Positions 14,937-25,491 of a stretch of 33,603 nucleotides of DNA are shown here, one piece after another. The translations under genes were made by a program, and so were the position numbers. Positions within the stretch are counted from its first letter, which is position 1. The number at the start of each line of letters is the position of its first letter. This DNA comes from Myxococcales bacterium (GTDB lineage Bacteria; Myxococcota_A; UBA9042; JABWCM01; BTVJ01): positions 1 to 33,603 of the forward strand of contig BTVJ01000082.1 of assembly GCA_045863395.1 (NCBI GenBank). The letters are read 5' to 3'. The notes beneath the pieces were generated by a model. The model worked only from the letters and a program-made list of their open reading frames with translations. It made no database searches and was not told where the DNA came from.

Positions 14937-17558
14937 ATGTGCGATGTACGACGACCCTTGCCCCTCGCCTTGTTGCTGCTGGCCCAGCTCGGGCTCGCCT
15001 CGTGCGCCAAGGACGGTGGAGCGCCCCCTCCACCCCCTCCGCCCCGTGGGGCGGCGCCCGCGCCCGACACGGGCGTGCACCCGGACGCGGGGCCTGCGGA
15101 GCCGCCGAGCCCCCTCGCCGACGCGCGCGACGTGCTGAAGGTCTACGACTTTGGGGATGAGACCCTGTCCGCGCTCGGCAGCCTGCGTGCCTATGCGGTG
15201 GAGTTCCCGCGCGCCAGGGACGCCGCCGAGGCTGCCCGCCTCGCCGCGAAGACCGAGCTCGACGTGCTGGTGCGGGCGCTCCACACGAAAGACGCGGAGC
15301 TCCTGGCAGGGCTCGCCGGGCGCTTGGAGTCGCGGGCCACCGAGCCCGGACCCGCCGCACAGGCCGTGGCGGCCGACACCAAGCGCCTGTTTGCCGCCCT
15401 GGGCTGGCCGGAGAACGCAGACGAGGCCCTCGCCGCCGCGGCCGAGGAGGCCATCGCCGTCGCCGACGCCGTCGCGGCGGTGACGGCCGGCGAGGGGAGC
15501 GTCGATGTGGACAAGCTCTCGTCCATTCTTGCCGGCACCGGGGCGTATTCCGGTGCAGCGCGCTACTTCGTGGCGGGAAAGCTCGTCGATCTCTTGGAGC
15601 CGCTCCGTGGACAGCGCCAGGACGTCGTCTCGCAGGCGTTCGCGACCCCTGTCGCCCGGCTGCTCTGTGCCTCGTGCGAGCAGGCGGCGCGCGATGAGGG
15701 GGGGGACGTCACCAAGAGTCTGCTTGCCGGGGAGCCCGGGGTGGCCTGTGCCGCCATCCGCGACAAGACCGCCGGGCTTGGCGGGCAGGAGGCCTGGGCG
15801 TTGCTGGCCTCGGAGTGCTCGCCCGCCGACTGGGGCCTTCAATCCCGTGACCAGCTCATCCAGATGGCCGGGGCGAACTTCCTCCCCATGCGCGCCTATG
15901 GCCTCCTCTCCTTGGTCGCTGGGGCTCCCCCCCTCGGCAATGATCCCATGGGGCGCCTGATCCCGCAGCTCGTGGATCCGGCGGCGGGCAACAGCGAGCA
16001 CCCACCGGTCGCCTTGGGTCTCGCCGTGCCGTATGTGGCGCCCGCCGAGGACGCGAAGGACTCCCTGGTCGTGTCGGCCGCACCTCACGGCGGTCCCGGC
16101 TGGATGCTGTCTCCCCTCGAGACGCTCATCGTGGACTCCGCGGTGCGGACGGCCCAGCGCCCCGTCGTCGTGCTGTCCGAGGGCAAGGTGGCGCTGGAGG
16201 GCGGTGGTGACTCGCTCTGGCCAGGGCGCGAGGTGGTGACCCTGGAGGCGCTGCTTGCCCCGCCGCCCGAGGTGCCTGCGGGCGAGGCGCCTGCCGGGGA
16301 GCCGGCGGTGCACCCCGGGAAGGCAGCGCTGGCCAAGGGGCTGCAGGACCTCACCGCCTCTGCCAGCGAGCTCGCAGGACGCCACGCGGGGCTGGCCCCG
16401 ACGGTCTCTCCTCCGCCGGAGGGTGGCACGTCCACCCCTCGCAGGGCTGCGTGGGTCGCTGCCCACCGTGACACCGACGCCGCCGCCCTCTCTGCCGTGG
16501 TCGCCGGGATGGTGGAGGCTGGCTACGGTCGTGCCTGGTGGCTGACTGGCCCGGGGGCCCACGCGTATGTGCCGACGGCCATCGGCCCCTTGACGTCACT
16601 GCCCGTGCGCGCGGTGGACCTCCGCTACAAGCGCCCGACGCTCGTGGTGTTGACACCTGAAGGGGCCGACGTCTACCCGCCGGCGGGCTCGCTCGGTTCG
16701 GCGCGCGGGGCGCGACCGGGCGCGCCGACGGCGCTCCCGAAGGGCGCCCAGCCCTGGTACCGCGGCGAGGAGCTCTTCAAGGTCTCAGTGGCGCTGCCCA
16801 AGAAGGGGACGGGCGCCGCCCGTATCGTGGACACCGCGCGCTTCCTTGCGGGCGTGGCCGATGCGGGGAACGTGGTGCTGCTGGACGGGGTGGCCGGTGT
16901 CCCCGCGAGCCGCCTCGTGGAGGTCGCGGCGCTCCTCGGCACGGCGCCAGGGCCCGACTGGGATACGGCTCCGCGGGTCTTCAAGGGCCTCGTGTGTGCA
17001 CCCTCCGCGAGCCCGCCGCAGGCGGACCCCGAGGCGCCGGCCCCCGGCGGCCCGGACGCGGGCCCGCCGGAGGAGGGCGCCCGGGAAGGGCTGGACCCGA
17101 AGGCCGATTCGGGCTCCGCCTCGGGCACCTTTGGACCCTGTCCGACCCAGGCCGTGGTCATGTTTCCGGGCGTCGACGTGCCGAGCGCCGGCAACTTGAC
17201 GAAGGAGCCCGTGAAGAAGGAGGTGGAGAAGGTGCCGCCCAAGGTCGAGGTCAAGGAGGAGGCGTCGGCCGCGTTCTGCAACAAGGGCGACATCCAGCGC
17301 GTGATGGGCGGGCGCTCCGGGGCGTTCAAGTTCTGCTACGAGCGCGAGCTGCAGCAGAACCCCGATCTGGAGGGGCGCGTCGTCCTCCGGTTCAACATCG
17401 ACCTGTCGGGCGACCCCCAGGCCATCGCCATCGCCTCGTCCACGCTGAAGAGCGAGGCGGTCCACGAGTGCCTGAAGGCCAACGTGAAGAAGCTGACGTT
17501 CAACAAGCCCGACGGCGGCGTCTGCGCAGTCCAGTGGCCGCTCGTCTTCAAGAACTGA
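14937..17558 (+). CDS. Large lipoprotein with a C-terminal AgmX/PglI (TonB C-terminal-like) domain (873 aa)
   Basis: GAGGTGG RBS; lipobox LGLASC; C-terminus IQRVM...FKFCYERELQQNPDLEGRVVLRFNI...SSTL....VHECL......TF.KP.GG...VQWPLVF. Confidence 0.8.
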   Translation: MCDVRRPLPLALLLLAQLGLASCAKDGGAPPPPPPPRGAAPAPDTGVHPDAGPAEPPSPLADARDVLKVYDFGDETLSALGSLRAYAVEFPRARDAAEAARLAAKTELDVLVRALHTKDAELLAGLAGRLESRATEPGPAAQAVAADTKRLFAALGWPENADEALAAAAEEAIAVADAVAAVTAGEGSVDVDKLSSILAGTGAYSGAARYFVAGKLVDLLEPLRGQRQDVVSQAFATPVARLLCASCEQAARDEGGDVTKSLLAGEPGVACAAIRDKTAGLGGQEAWALLASECSPADWGLQSRDQLIQMAGANFLPMRAYGLLSLVAGAPPLGNDPMGRLIPQLVDPAAGNSEHPPVALGLAVPYVAPAEDAKDSLVVSAAPHGGPGWMLSPLETLIVDSAVRTAQRPVVVLSEGKVALEGGGDSLWPGREVVTLEALLAPPPEVPAGEAPAGEPAVHPGKAALAKGLQDLTASASELAGRHAGLAPTVSPPPEGGTSTPRRAAWVAAHRDTDAAALSAVVAGMVEAGYGRAWWLTGPGAHAYVPTAIGPLTSLPVRAVDLRYKRPTLVVLTPEGADVYPPAGSLGSARGARPGAPTALPKGAQPWYRGEELFKVSVALPKKGTGAARIVDTARFLAGVADAGNVVLLDGVAGVPASRLVEVAALLGTAPGPDWDTAPRVFKGLVCAPSASPPQADPEAPAPGGPDAGPPEEGAREGLDPKADSGSASGTFGPCPTQAVVMFPGVDVPSAGNLTKEPVKKEVEKVPPKVEVKEEASAAFCNKGDIQRVMGGRSGAFKFCYERELQQNPDLEGRVVLRFNIDLSGDPQAIAIASSTLKSEAVHECLKANVKKLTFNKPDGGVCAVQWPLVFKN

Positions 17559-18229
17559 TGCGCCTCGTCCTCGCCTCGGCCAACCCGGGCAAGCTGCGCG
17601 AGATCCGAAGGCTCCTGGCTGATCTGGCGGTGGAGCTGCTGCCTCTGTCGGACTTCCCGGCCGCCGTCGGGGCGCCGGAGACGGGCGAGACCTTCCTCGA
17701 CAACGCGATTCAGAAGGCGGCGTGGGTCTGGCGCCTGGCGGGCGTTCCCGCCATCGCCGACGACTCGGGCCTGTGCGTGGACGCGCTGGGCGGAGAGCCC
17801 GGCGTGCGTTCGGCGCGGTACGCGGAGGGCGGCGACGACGCCAACAACGCCAAGCTGCTGGGGGCTCTGCGGGATGTGCCCGTGGCACTCCGCGGGGCGC
17901 ACTTCCACTGTACGGTGGCGCTCGTGGGTCCGCCTGACCACCCTGCCTTGATGGGGCCGCTTCCCGAGGGGATGTCGCGCCTGACGGCGCACGCGGAGCT
18001 GCCGGACGGCGCCGTCGCCGTCTGGGCGGAGGGCAAGGTCTTCGGGGTGATCGCCGGGGCGCTGGACGGCCAGGAGGGCTTCGGCTACGACCCTCTGTTC
18101 ATCTACCCGCCCGAAGGCCGGACCTTCGGGGTGCTGTCCGCGGACCTCAAGAACCGAGTGAGCCACAGGGCACAGGCCTTCGGGCTGCTGTCCGCCTTCC
18201 TGCACGGGGCGCTCTCGGGCTCACCGTGA
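17558..18229 (+). CDS. rdgB: Non-canonical purine NTP pyrophosphatase (RdgB/HAM1)
   Basis: TGATG overlap with the upstream gene; LVLASANPGKLREI, ETGETFLDNAIQKA, ADDSGLCVDALGGEPGVRSARY, GFGYDPLF, KNRVSHR. Confidence 0.95.
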   Translation: MRLVLASANPGKLREIRRLLADLAVELLPLSDFPAAVGAPETGETFLDNAIQKAAWVWRLAGVPAIADDSGLCVDALGGEPGVRSARYAEGGDDANNAKLLGALRDVPVALRGAHFHCTVALVGPPDHPALMGPLPEGMSRLTAHAELPDGAVAVWAEGKVFGVIAGALDGQEGFGYDPLFIYPPEGRTFGVLSADLKNRVSHRAQAFGLLSAFLHGALSGSP

Positions 18230-19027
18230 GGGCTCCGTCGCCAGCGCGACGTCCAGCTCGACGAGCGCCCGGGCCAGCGCGTCGGCGATGCGGTCCTGGT
18301 GGGCGTCGAGGAGCAGCGCCGTCCCCTCGGACTCGTTGGTCAGGAAGCCGCACTCCACGACGACCGCAGGAACGACGGCCTCTTTCAAGACGGCGAACGG
18401 GGCCTGCTTGACGCCGCGGTCCGGCGCCGGCGCGGTCGCCTTCACGAGGTTCCGCTGGATCAGCTCGGCGAGGCGCTCGCTGAGCTGGTGGGCCGCTCCG
18501 AGCCGGGCGTCGAACAGGATGGCGTCGATGGCCGCGCGGTGCACGTCCTGCGGAGAGGCACCGACGGGCGGCGGCTCCGTCGCGCGCTCCTCGCGCTCGA
18601 TGAGAGCGGCGATCTCGTCCGTCGCGGCGCTCGCGCTCAGGAAGTAGGTCTCGGCGCCGCTGGCGGTCCCGCCCAGGGACGCGTTGAGGTGGATGCTGAC
18701 GAACACGTCCCCCTGGACCTCGCGGGCGTAGTTGGCGCGCTCGCGCAGCCCGAAGTCCTCGTCCCGCCGGCGCGTCAGGAACACCTCCGCGTCGCTCAGC
18801 TCCTGGAGCCGCCGCTCGGTGCGCTCGGCGATCTGCAGCGTGATGTACTTCTCGTAGACCCCATTGAAGCCCATGCAGCCCGTGTTCTCGCCCCCGTGGC
18901 CGGGGTCGAGGACGACGCGGCGCACGACCTTCATGGTGCGCTTCTTGGAGGTTGGCGGGCCAGCGCCCTCGGCCGCGGGGGCCAGGGCGACGAGAGCGAC
19001 GAGCACGAGCGCGAGGGGGGGCTGCAT
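18221..19027 (-). CDS. N-acetylmuramoyl-L-alanine amidase (Amidase_3)
   Basis: Signal peptide; VLDPGHGG, E(K), LTR, SIHLNA and VVECGFLTN zinc-amidase motifs. Confidence 0.92.
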   Translation of the reverse strand: MQPPLALVLVALVALAPAAEGAGPPTSKKRTMKVVRRVVLDPGHGGENTGCMGFNGVYEKYITLQIAERTERRLQELSDAEVFLTRRRDEDFGLRERANYAREVQGDVFVSIHLNASLGGTASGAETYFLSASAATDEIAALIEREERATEPPPVGASPQDVHRAAIDAILFDARLGAAHQLSERLAELIQRNLVKATAPAPDRGVKQAPFAVLKEAVVPAVVVECGFLTNESEGTALLLDAHQDRIADALARALVELDVALATEPSR

Positions 19028-19036
19028 CGGGTGGAG

Positions 19037-19066
19037 AGTCTAGGTGCGTCGTCGCCCGTGCGTCAA
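19037..19066 (-). promoter_or_regulatory. Putative sigma70 promoter of the amidase gene
   Basis: TTGACG (19066-19061), 18 nt spacer, TAGACT (19042-19037); ATG 9 nt downstream. Confidence 0.5.
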
Positions 19067-19100
19067 TCTCAGGAGGAGACCTCTCGACTCCGGCCCCACG

Positions 19101-19130
19101 TTGACAGGGGCGCTCCACCTTTGTTATGCG
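19101..19130 (+). promoter_or_regulatory. Putative sigma70 promoter of the acyl-CoA cluster
   Basis: TTGACA (19101-19106), 18 nt spacer, TATGCG (19125-19130) preceded by TGn; divergent from the amidase promoter; GGGAGGTGA RBS follows. Confidence 0.5.
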
Positions 19131-19162
19131 GCGCTCTGCCCGTGCGGGCAGGGAGGTGATCC

Positions 19163-19948
19163 ATGGCCGAGATGCTGCGGTACGAGGTGGACGCCCAGGG
19201 CGTCGCCCTGCTGACCATCGACCGTCCGGAGGCGCTCAACGCCATCAACGCGCAGGTGCTCGACGAGCTGCGGGAGGCGCTCGTCGACTTCGGGCGCGAC
19301 TCACGGGCGCGGGTGCTCGTCCTGACAGGCGCTGGCCCCAAGGCCTTCGTCGCGGGCGCCGACATCAAGGCCATGGCGCGGTGGGAGCTCGAGGAAGCGC
19401 ACGCATTCTCGCGCAGAGGGCAGGAGGTCTTCCGGTTGCTGGAGGAGGGCGACAAGCCCACCCTGGCAGCGGTCAACGGCTTCGCGCTGGGCGGAGGCTG
19501 CGAGCTGGCCCTGGCCTGCGACATGATCTTCGCGTCCGAGAAGGCGCGCTTCGGGCAGCCCGAGGTCAAGCTCGGCGTGATCCCGGGCTTTGGCGGGACC
19601 CAGCGCCTCGCGCGCCTCATCGGGCCTGGTCGCGCCAGCTATCTGATCCTCACGGGCGAGACCATCACCGCGCAGGAGGCCCTGGCCATGGGCCTCGTCG
19701 TGCGCCTGTTCCCTCCCGACGCCCTGCTCGACGGCGTGCTCGGCATCGCGCGCGCCATGGCGACCCAGTGCGGTCCCCTCGCGATGGCGGCGTCGCGGGA
19801 GGTCCTGCGGGAGGGGCTCCAGGGGCCGCTCCAGCGTGGCCTGGAGCTGGAGGCGCGGCGCTTTGCGGCCATGTTCTCCACCTCCGAGCAGCAGGAGGGC
19901 ATGGCCGCGTTCATCGAGAAGCGTCCGGCGAGATTTCACCAGCCTTGA
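19163..19948 (+). CDS. Enoyl-CoA hydratase (crotonase family)
   Basis: AFVAGADI, AVNGFALGGGCELALACD, FGQPEVKLGVIPGFGGTQRL (both catalytic Glu present). Confidence 0.95.
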   Translation: MAEMLRYEVDAQGVALLTIDRPEALNAINAQVLDELREALVDFGRDSRARVLVLTGAGPKAFVAGADIKAMARWELEEAHAFSRRGQEVFRLLEEGDKPTLAAVNGFALGGGCELALACDMIFASEKARFGQPEVKLGVIPGFGGTQRLARLIGPGRASYLILTGETITAQEALAMGLVVRLFPPDALLDGVLGIARAMATQCGPLAMAASREVLREGLQGPLQRGLELEARRFAAMFSTSEQQEGMAAFIEKRPARFHQP

Positions 19949-19958
19949 GAGGGCACCC

Positions 19959-21121
<1,163 letters not shown>

Positions 21122-21125
<4 letters not shown>

Positions 21126-22240
21126 GCGCCGTTCAGGGCTTCGACCCCCGGGCGCTGCACGCGGAGGAGCGCGCGAGGCGTGTCGCTGAGGAGATCGCGC
21201 CGCGCGCCGCAGAGGTGGATCGGGAGGGCAGGGTGCCCCTGGAGACGCTCCGGGCGCTCGCCGAGGCTGGGCTCATGGGCGTCAACGTGCCCGCGGCCTA
21301 CGGCGGCCTGGAGGCGACCACCGTCGGGTACTCGCTGGCCATGCAGCAGGTGGCGAAGGCGGACGCCTCCGTGTCCGTGGCCATGGCGGTCACCAACATG
21401 GTCGGCGAGATCCTGTGTCGGTTCGGGTCGGAGGTGCAGCGCGCGCGCTACGTGCCGCGGCTGACCAGCGGCGAGGCGGTCGCCGGCAGCTTCGCGCTCA
21501 GCGAGGCAGGCTCGGGGACGGACGCGGCGTCGTTGAGAACCACGGCGGTGCGGCGCGGGGACCACTACGTGCTGAACGGCAGCAAGATGTGGATCACGAG
21601 CGGCGACATCGCCGGCGTGATCGTCGTCTATGCGCGCACGGACGCGAGCCACAAGCAGCGCGGCATCTCGGCGTTCATCGTCGAGCCGACGTTTCCTGGC
21701 TTCCACGTCGGGGCCCACGAGCAGAAGATGGGGCTCCACGGGTCGAGCACCGTGGGCCTGACCTTCGAGGACTGCGTGGTGCCCGCCGAGAACCTGCTCG
21801 CCGAGGAGGGCCAGGGCTTCACCATCGCCATGGCGGCGCTGGATGGGGGGCGCATAGGCATCGGGTCGCAGGCCGTGGGCATCGCGACCGGGGCGCTGGA
21901 GGCGGCGGCAAGAGCTGGGGCTCCGAGCGGCGCGGCGCTGGAGGCCATCGCGGACATGGCGACCCGCCTCGACGCGGCGCGGCTGCTGGTGCTGCGGGCG
22001 GCCCACCTCAAGGACCAGGGCCGGCGCTTCACGCTGGAGGCGTCCATGGCCAAGCTCTTTGCGACCGAGTCCGCTCTGCGCATCTGCGAGGACGCGCTCC
22101 GGGTGATTGGGGCGGGGGCGATGTCGCGGGACCTCCCGGTGGAGCGGTTGCTCCGGGACGTCCGCGTGACGAGCATCTACGAGGGGACCAGCGAGGTTCA
22201 GCGCATCGTCATCGCGCGCGAGGTGCTGCGCGGGGCGTGA
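21122..22240 (+). CDS. Acyl-CoA dehydrogenase 2 (catalytic motifs intact, cross-subunit FAD motifs lost)
   Basis: GTGA overlap; [21 protein letters not shown] and YEGTSEVQ present; the RxxFG segment and QIHGGxG are absent. Confidence 0.9.
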
Positions 22241-22271
22241 ACACCGGTCGCATGGCGACCCAGGGGTAGAC

Positions 22272-22679
22272 ATGGCGACTCCCAAGGCACGAATCCTCAT
22301 CGGAAAGCCCGGCCTCGACGGCCACGACCGGGGCGCGAAGGTGGTCGCGCGCATGTTGCGCGACGCCGGCTACGAGGTCATCTACACCGGGCTCCACCAG
22401 ACGCCGGAGATGATCGTCGCCGCAGCCATCCAGGAGGACGTCGACGTGGTGGGCCTGTCCATCATGAGCGGCGCCCACAACTTCCTGGTGCCAGAGGTGC
22501 TCCGCCTGCTCGCAGACCAGGGAGCGGGCGACGTGCCCGTGTTCGTCGGCGGCATCATCCCGCCGGATGATGCTGCTGCCCTCAAGGCGGCCGGCGTGGC
22601 GGAGATCTTCACCCCGGGCGCGTCCATGGCGGAGATCGTGGGCGCGGTGGAGCGCATCGTCGCCGGAAGGGCGGAGTGA
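22272..22679 (+). CDS. Stand-alone cobalamin-binding subunit of an acyl-CoA mutase (methylmalonyl/isobutyryl-CoA mutase small subunit)
   Basis: [10 protein letters not shown] (DxHxxG), [19 protein letters not shown]. Confidence 0.93.
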   Translation: MATPKARILIGKPGLDGHDRGAKVVARMLRDAGYEVIYTGLHQTPEMIVAAAIQEDVDVVGLSIMSGAHNFLVPEVLRLLADQGAGDVPVFVGGIIPPDDAAALKAAGVAEIFTPGASMAEIVGAVERIVAGRAE

Positions 22680-23758
22680 TGAGCGAGCTGGCGCTGATTC
22701 AGCAGACCGTCCGAGACTTCGGTGCACGCGAAGTTGTGCCCTACGCGGCGCGGTGGGATGCCGAGGGACGGGTTCCCGCGGCCGTGCTCGCGGGGCTGGC
22801 GGAGCTGGGTCTCCTGGGGATGGAGGTGCCCGACGGTCTCGGCGGTTCCGGCCTCGAGGCCTCGGACGGCGCGGCGGTCATCGAGGAGCTGGCGGCGTGC
22901 GACGGGTCGCTTGCGCGCATCGTGTCGGTGCACAACGCGCTGGCGCTCGCGCACCTGCTGGCGGGGTCGGCGGAGCAGCGCGCCACGCTGGTGCCACCCC
23001 TGGCCTCGGGGGAGCGCCTCGGAGCGTGGGTGTCGGGCGGTGGTGTGGTCGCCCGCAGGGTGGGCGACGCCTGGGAGCTCACCGGCGTCGAGCCGCTCGT
23101 CCCGGTGGGGGCTCTCGCCCACGACTGCGTGGTGGTGGCCAGCACGGAGGGTGGCCCGACCGCCTTCCTGGTGGACACGGCCACGGCGGGCTGGCGTGCG
23201 CGCGCGGTGGACACCCACGGGCTTCGGGCGGCGGGGACGGCGGAGGTCACGCTGCAGGGGGTCGTCGCGCCGGATGCGCGGCGAATCGGTGGCATCGGGG
23301 CGGGCGTTCGCGACGCAGAGCGGGTGCTCCGTGGGGCGCACCTCCAGGTGGCGGCGATGGCCGTGGGCATCGCCCGGGGTGCGCTGGCGGCGGCGGCGCG
23401 CTATGCCTCGGAGCGCGTCCAGTTCGGCAAGCCCATCGCCGAGTTCCAGATGATCCAGTGGAAGATCGCGGACGCGGCGACCTCTGTGGACGCCGCGCGG
23501 CTGCTCACCGAGCGGGCGGCGACCCTGGCGACGGCGGGGAGGCCGTTCGGCCAGGAGGCCCTCATGGCTCGTGCCTTTGCCACGCGGGTGGCGCCGCAGG
23601 TGTGCAGCGACGCGATCCAGATCCACGGGGGCTACGGCTACACGACGGACTTTCCGGTGGAGAGGGCCTGGCGCGACGCGCGCGCGTGCTGCTTCGCGGA
23701 GGGGACCTGCGACGAGGTCGGGCTGGCGGTGGCGAGGGGAGTGCTCGCGGCGAGCTGA
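22679..23758 (+). CDS. Acyl-CoA dehydrogenase 3 (degenerate N-terminal flavin motifs; probable partner subunit)
   Basis: TGATG overlap (alternative GTG at 22676); ERVQFGKPIAEFQ and QIHGGYGY intact; the SEPxxGSD and GxKxWIT motifs are replaced. Confidence 0.88.
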   Translation: MSELALIQQTVRDFGAREVVPYAARWDAEGRVPAAVLAGLAELGLLGMEVPDGLGGSGLEASDGAAVIEELAACDGSLARIVSVHNALALAHLLAGSAEQRATLVPPLASGERLGAWVSGGGVVARRVGDAWELTGVEPLVPVGALAHDCVVVASTEGGPTAFLVDTATAGWRARAVDTHGLRAAGTAEVTLQGVVAPDARRIGGIGAGVRDAERVLRGAHLQVAAMAVGIARGALAAAARYASERVQFGKPIAEFQMIQWKIADAATSVDAARLLTERAATLATAGRPFGQEALMARAFATRVAPQVCSDAIQIHGGYGYTTDFPVERAWRDARACCFAEGTCDEVGLAVARGVLAAS

Positions 23759-23774
23759 GACAGATTGGAGAAGG

Positions 23775-24050
23775 TCAGTCGCCGTCACCGGTGGCGTCCT
23801 GGCCGCCGGCATCCTTGGCGCCGTAGGGCGTCTCCCCGCTCTTGGTGCAGGCGCCATCCGCGCACGCCTGCCCGTAGCCGCAGATCTTCGTCACGGCCCA
23901 CCCCCGCCCATCCGACGTACACTTCACGACGTTGCCGCCCTTGCAGGTGCTCGGCCCCCCTGGCACGCACACCCGCGCGACGACCGTCTCGACGGGCTCG
24001 CCGCAGCCGGCGAGCAGGAGCGTGAGGGCCAGCCAACGTGCGGTGGTCAC
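23775..24050 (-). CDS. Small Cys-rich lipoprotein (91 aa)
   Basis: GTGA overlap with the upstream gene; MTTARWLALTLLLAGC lipobox; six further Cys. Confidence 0.7.
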   Translation of the reverse strand: MTTARWLALTLLLAGCGEPVETVVARVCVPGGPSTCKGGNVVKCTSDGRGWAVTKICGYGQACADGACTKSGETPYGAKDAGGQDATGDGD

Positions 24051-25159
24051 AGGTCGACTGCCTCCGAGCAGTATCCGAAGCCCCCGTAGATGGGGTTGCA
24101 CTTCACGTCGAAGCTCTTGCACTTGGGGTTGTTGGTGTTCATCGAGGCGTCGCACACGGTGAAGCACTTGCCCGCGCCCTGGCACGTCAGGCCCGGCTGG
24201 CAGTCGTTGGAGGTGGTGCAGTTCTCGTACTTCTCCTTCTTGCCCGCCGACAGGCAGATCCACTTGTCGTCGCTGGGGTAGCAGCCGGCACCCACCGGGC
24301 AGTCGCTGCCGAGTGGGTCGCAGGTGGGGAACTGGACGTCCTCGGTGCAGATGCCGGTCTTCGTGTCCTTGTCCTTCTGCTCGAACTTGCCGGCGCCGCA
24401 CAGGCTCGAGCAGGCAAAGGAGGCGTCAGCTCCCGGGGCAGTGCTGCACAGCCGGGCGCAACCCTTGACGATGCCGTAGTTGAGGCACACGAGCCCAGGT
24501 GCGCAGTCGTTGGCGTTGCCGTTGCAGTTGTCCCCCAGGCCGTTTGAACCCTCCTTGAGGCAGGTCATCGCCGAACCGCTCAGGTAGCAGGCCTGGCCCT
24601 CGGGGCAGGAGCCGGCCACGAAGGCGTCGCAGGGCGGGGCGGCCTCGCCGCAGAACTTGAAGTGGGTGGACCCGGTCACGGTGATGTTGCAGACCCCGCC
24701 CTTGGGGCAGTCCCCGTCGGTCTTGCAGGGAGCGATGCAGGTGGCGGCGGCGGCCCCCTCGGCCTTGCCGCAGACGCCCGCGGTGCACTCGCTGGAGTCG
24801 TCGCACTCCGCGCCGGGCTCTACGTCCCCGGTGGTGACGCACTTCCAGCCGCCGCCGAGGAGGACGCAGGACTGGCCGGCTCCGCAGCCCGTGTGGCAGA
24901 GCGCGTTGCACTCGAGGCCGGAGGGCACGACGCACTTGGGATCGAGGATATCTGCGCCCGGGCTCGTCACGTCCGAGGGGTGGCCGCCCGCGGTGTCGGT
25001 CGGGGCGGCCGTGTCGGAGAGGGCGGAGTCGGCTGCAGGCCCGGTGTCGGCCGCGGTGGACCCGCTGTCGGCCGCCCCCGTCCCCCCGCTCGACTCGCAA
25101 GCGCCCGATAGCCCGGACAGGGCCACCAGCATCGGTATCATGAAGGATCGCGTGACCAT
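24047..25159 (-). CDS. Cys-rich lipoprotein with repeated disulfide modules (370 aa)
   Basis: Lipobox LSGAC; Asp/Ser/Thr/Ala linker; recurring C-D-x4/5-C-P-x-G-x-x-C-Y and C-x-x-x-x-DC-x-PGL-x-C units. Confidence 0.8.
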   Translation of the reverse strand: MVTRSFMIPMLVALSGLSGACESSGGTGAADSGSTAADTGPAADSALSDTAAPTDTAGGHPSDVTSPGADILDPKCVVPSGLECNALCHTGCGAGQSCVLLGGGWKCVTTGDVEPGAECDDSSECTAGVCGKAEGAAAATCIAPCKTDGDCPKGGVCNITVTGSTHFKFCGEAAPPCDAFVAGSCPEGQACYLSGSAMTCLKEGSNGLGDNCNGNANDCAPGLVCLNYGIVKGCARLCSTAPGADASFACSSLCGAGKFEQKDKDTKTGICTEDVQFPTCDPLGSDCPVGAGCYPSDDKWICLSAGKKEKYENCTTSNDCQPGLTCQGAGKCFTVCDASMNTNNPKCKSFDVKCNPIYGGFGYCSEAVDL

Positions 25160-25201
25160 GGAGCTGCTCCCGTCGTTGCCAGGCGCCGATGTGCGCCCCG
25201 G

Positions 25202-25229
25202 AGTATAGCAGGGGCACCCCCGCGCGCAA
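25202..25229 (-). promoter_or_regulatory. Putative sigma70 promoter of the Cys-rich lipoprotein pair
   Basis: TTGCGC (25229-25224), 16 nt spacer, TATACT (25207-25202) with extended -10 TGn. Confidence 0.55.
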
Positions 25230-25346
25230 GGTGACGGCTGGTGCCGCCGTTCGCTCCGTCACAGGCGCGAGCTGCTCCTCGGGCCATGAGACGTGCAACT
25301 GGTCGAGCATGGTGACGGTGCAGGGGATTGTGCGGCTACGGTGCAC

Positions 25347-25427
25347 AAAAAAAGCGACGGCGCGTGAACTCGACTGGTCTCGTGGCGGGGGGAACCGCGA
25401 GTCAGCTTACCGAATTCACGCGCCGTC
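25347..25427 (-). terminator. Intrinsic terminator-like 3' hairpin with U-tract
   Basis: Perfect 13-bp inverted repeat at 25356-25368 / 25415-25427, followed on the minus strand by GC and then T7 (25353-25347). Confidence 0.65.
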
Positions 25428-25484
25428 AGGTGTGACCCGCAGGCCCGCGGCGGGGGGGAACCGCGAACCCGAAGCGTTGGTCAC
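25347..25484 (-). ncRNA. Candidate small RNA with two C-rich-loop hairpins
   Basis: Intergenic; two hairpins share UCGCGGUUCCCCCC(C)GCC; G-U pairs work only on the minus strand; upstream promoter and terminal U7. Confidence 0.65.
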
Positions 25485-25491
25485 GACGGCC

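Noticed and set aside
22679..23758. ACAD3 (or ACAD2) as a pseudogene
   Set aside because: The frames are intact and translationally coupled, and the motif losses are reciprocal rather than random.
25384..25466. Direct repeat read as a mini-CRISPR array
   Set aside because: There are only two 17-18 nt copies and no cas genes, and the flanks form hairpin stems rather than spacers.
25347..25484. Cobalamin riboswitch (B12 genes nearby), plus-strand Csr/Rsm-type GGA-loop RNA, tRNA, SRP or 6S RNA
   Set aside because: There is no B12-box (GCCACUG), cloverleaf or SRP motif. The plus strand would have A-C mismatches, no U-tract and no promoter, so the minus-strand reading is preferred.
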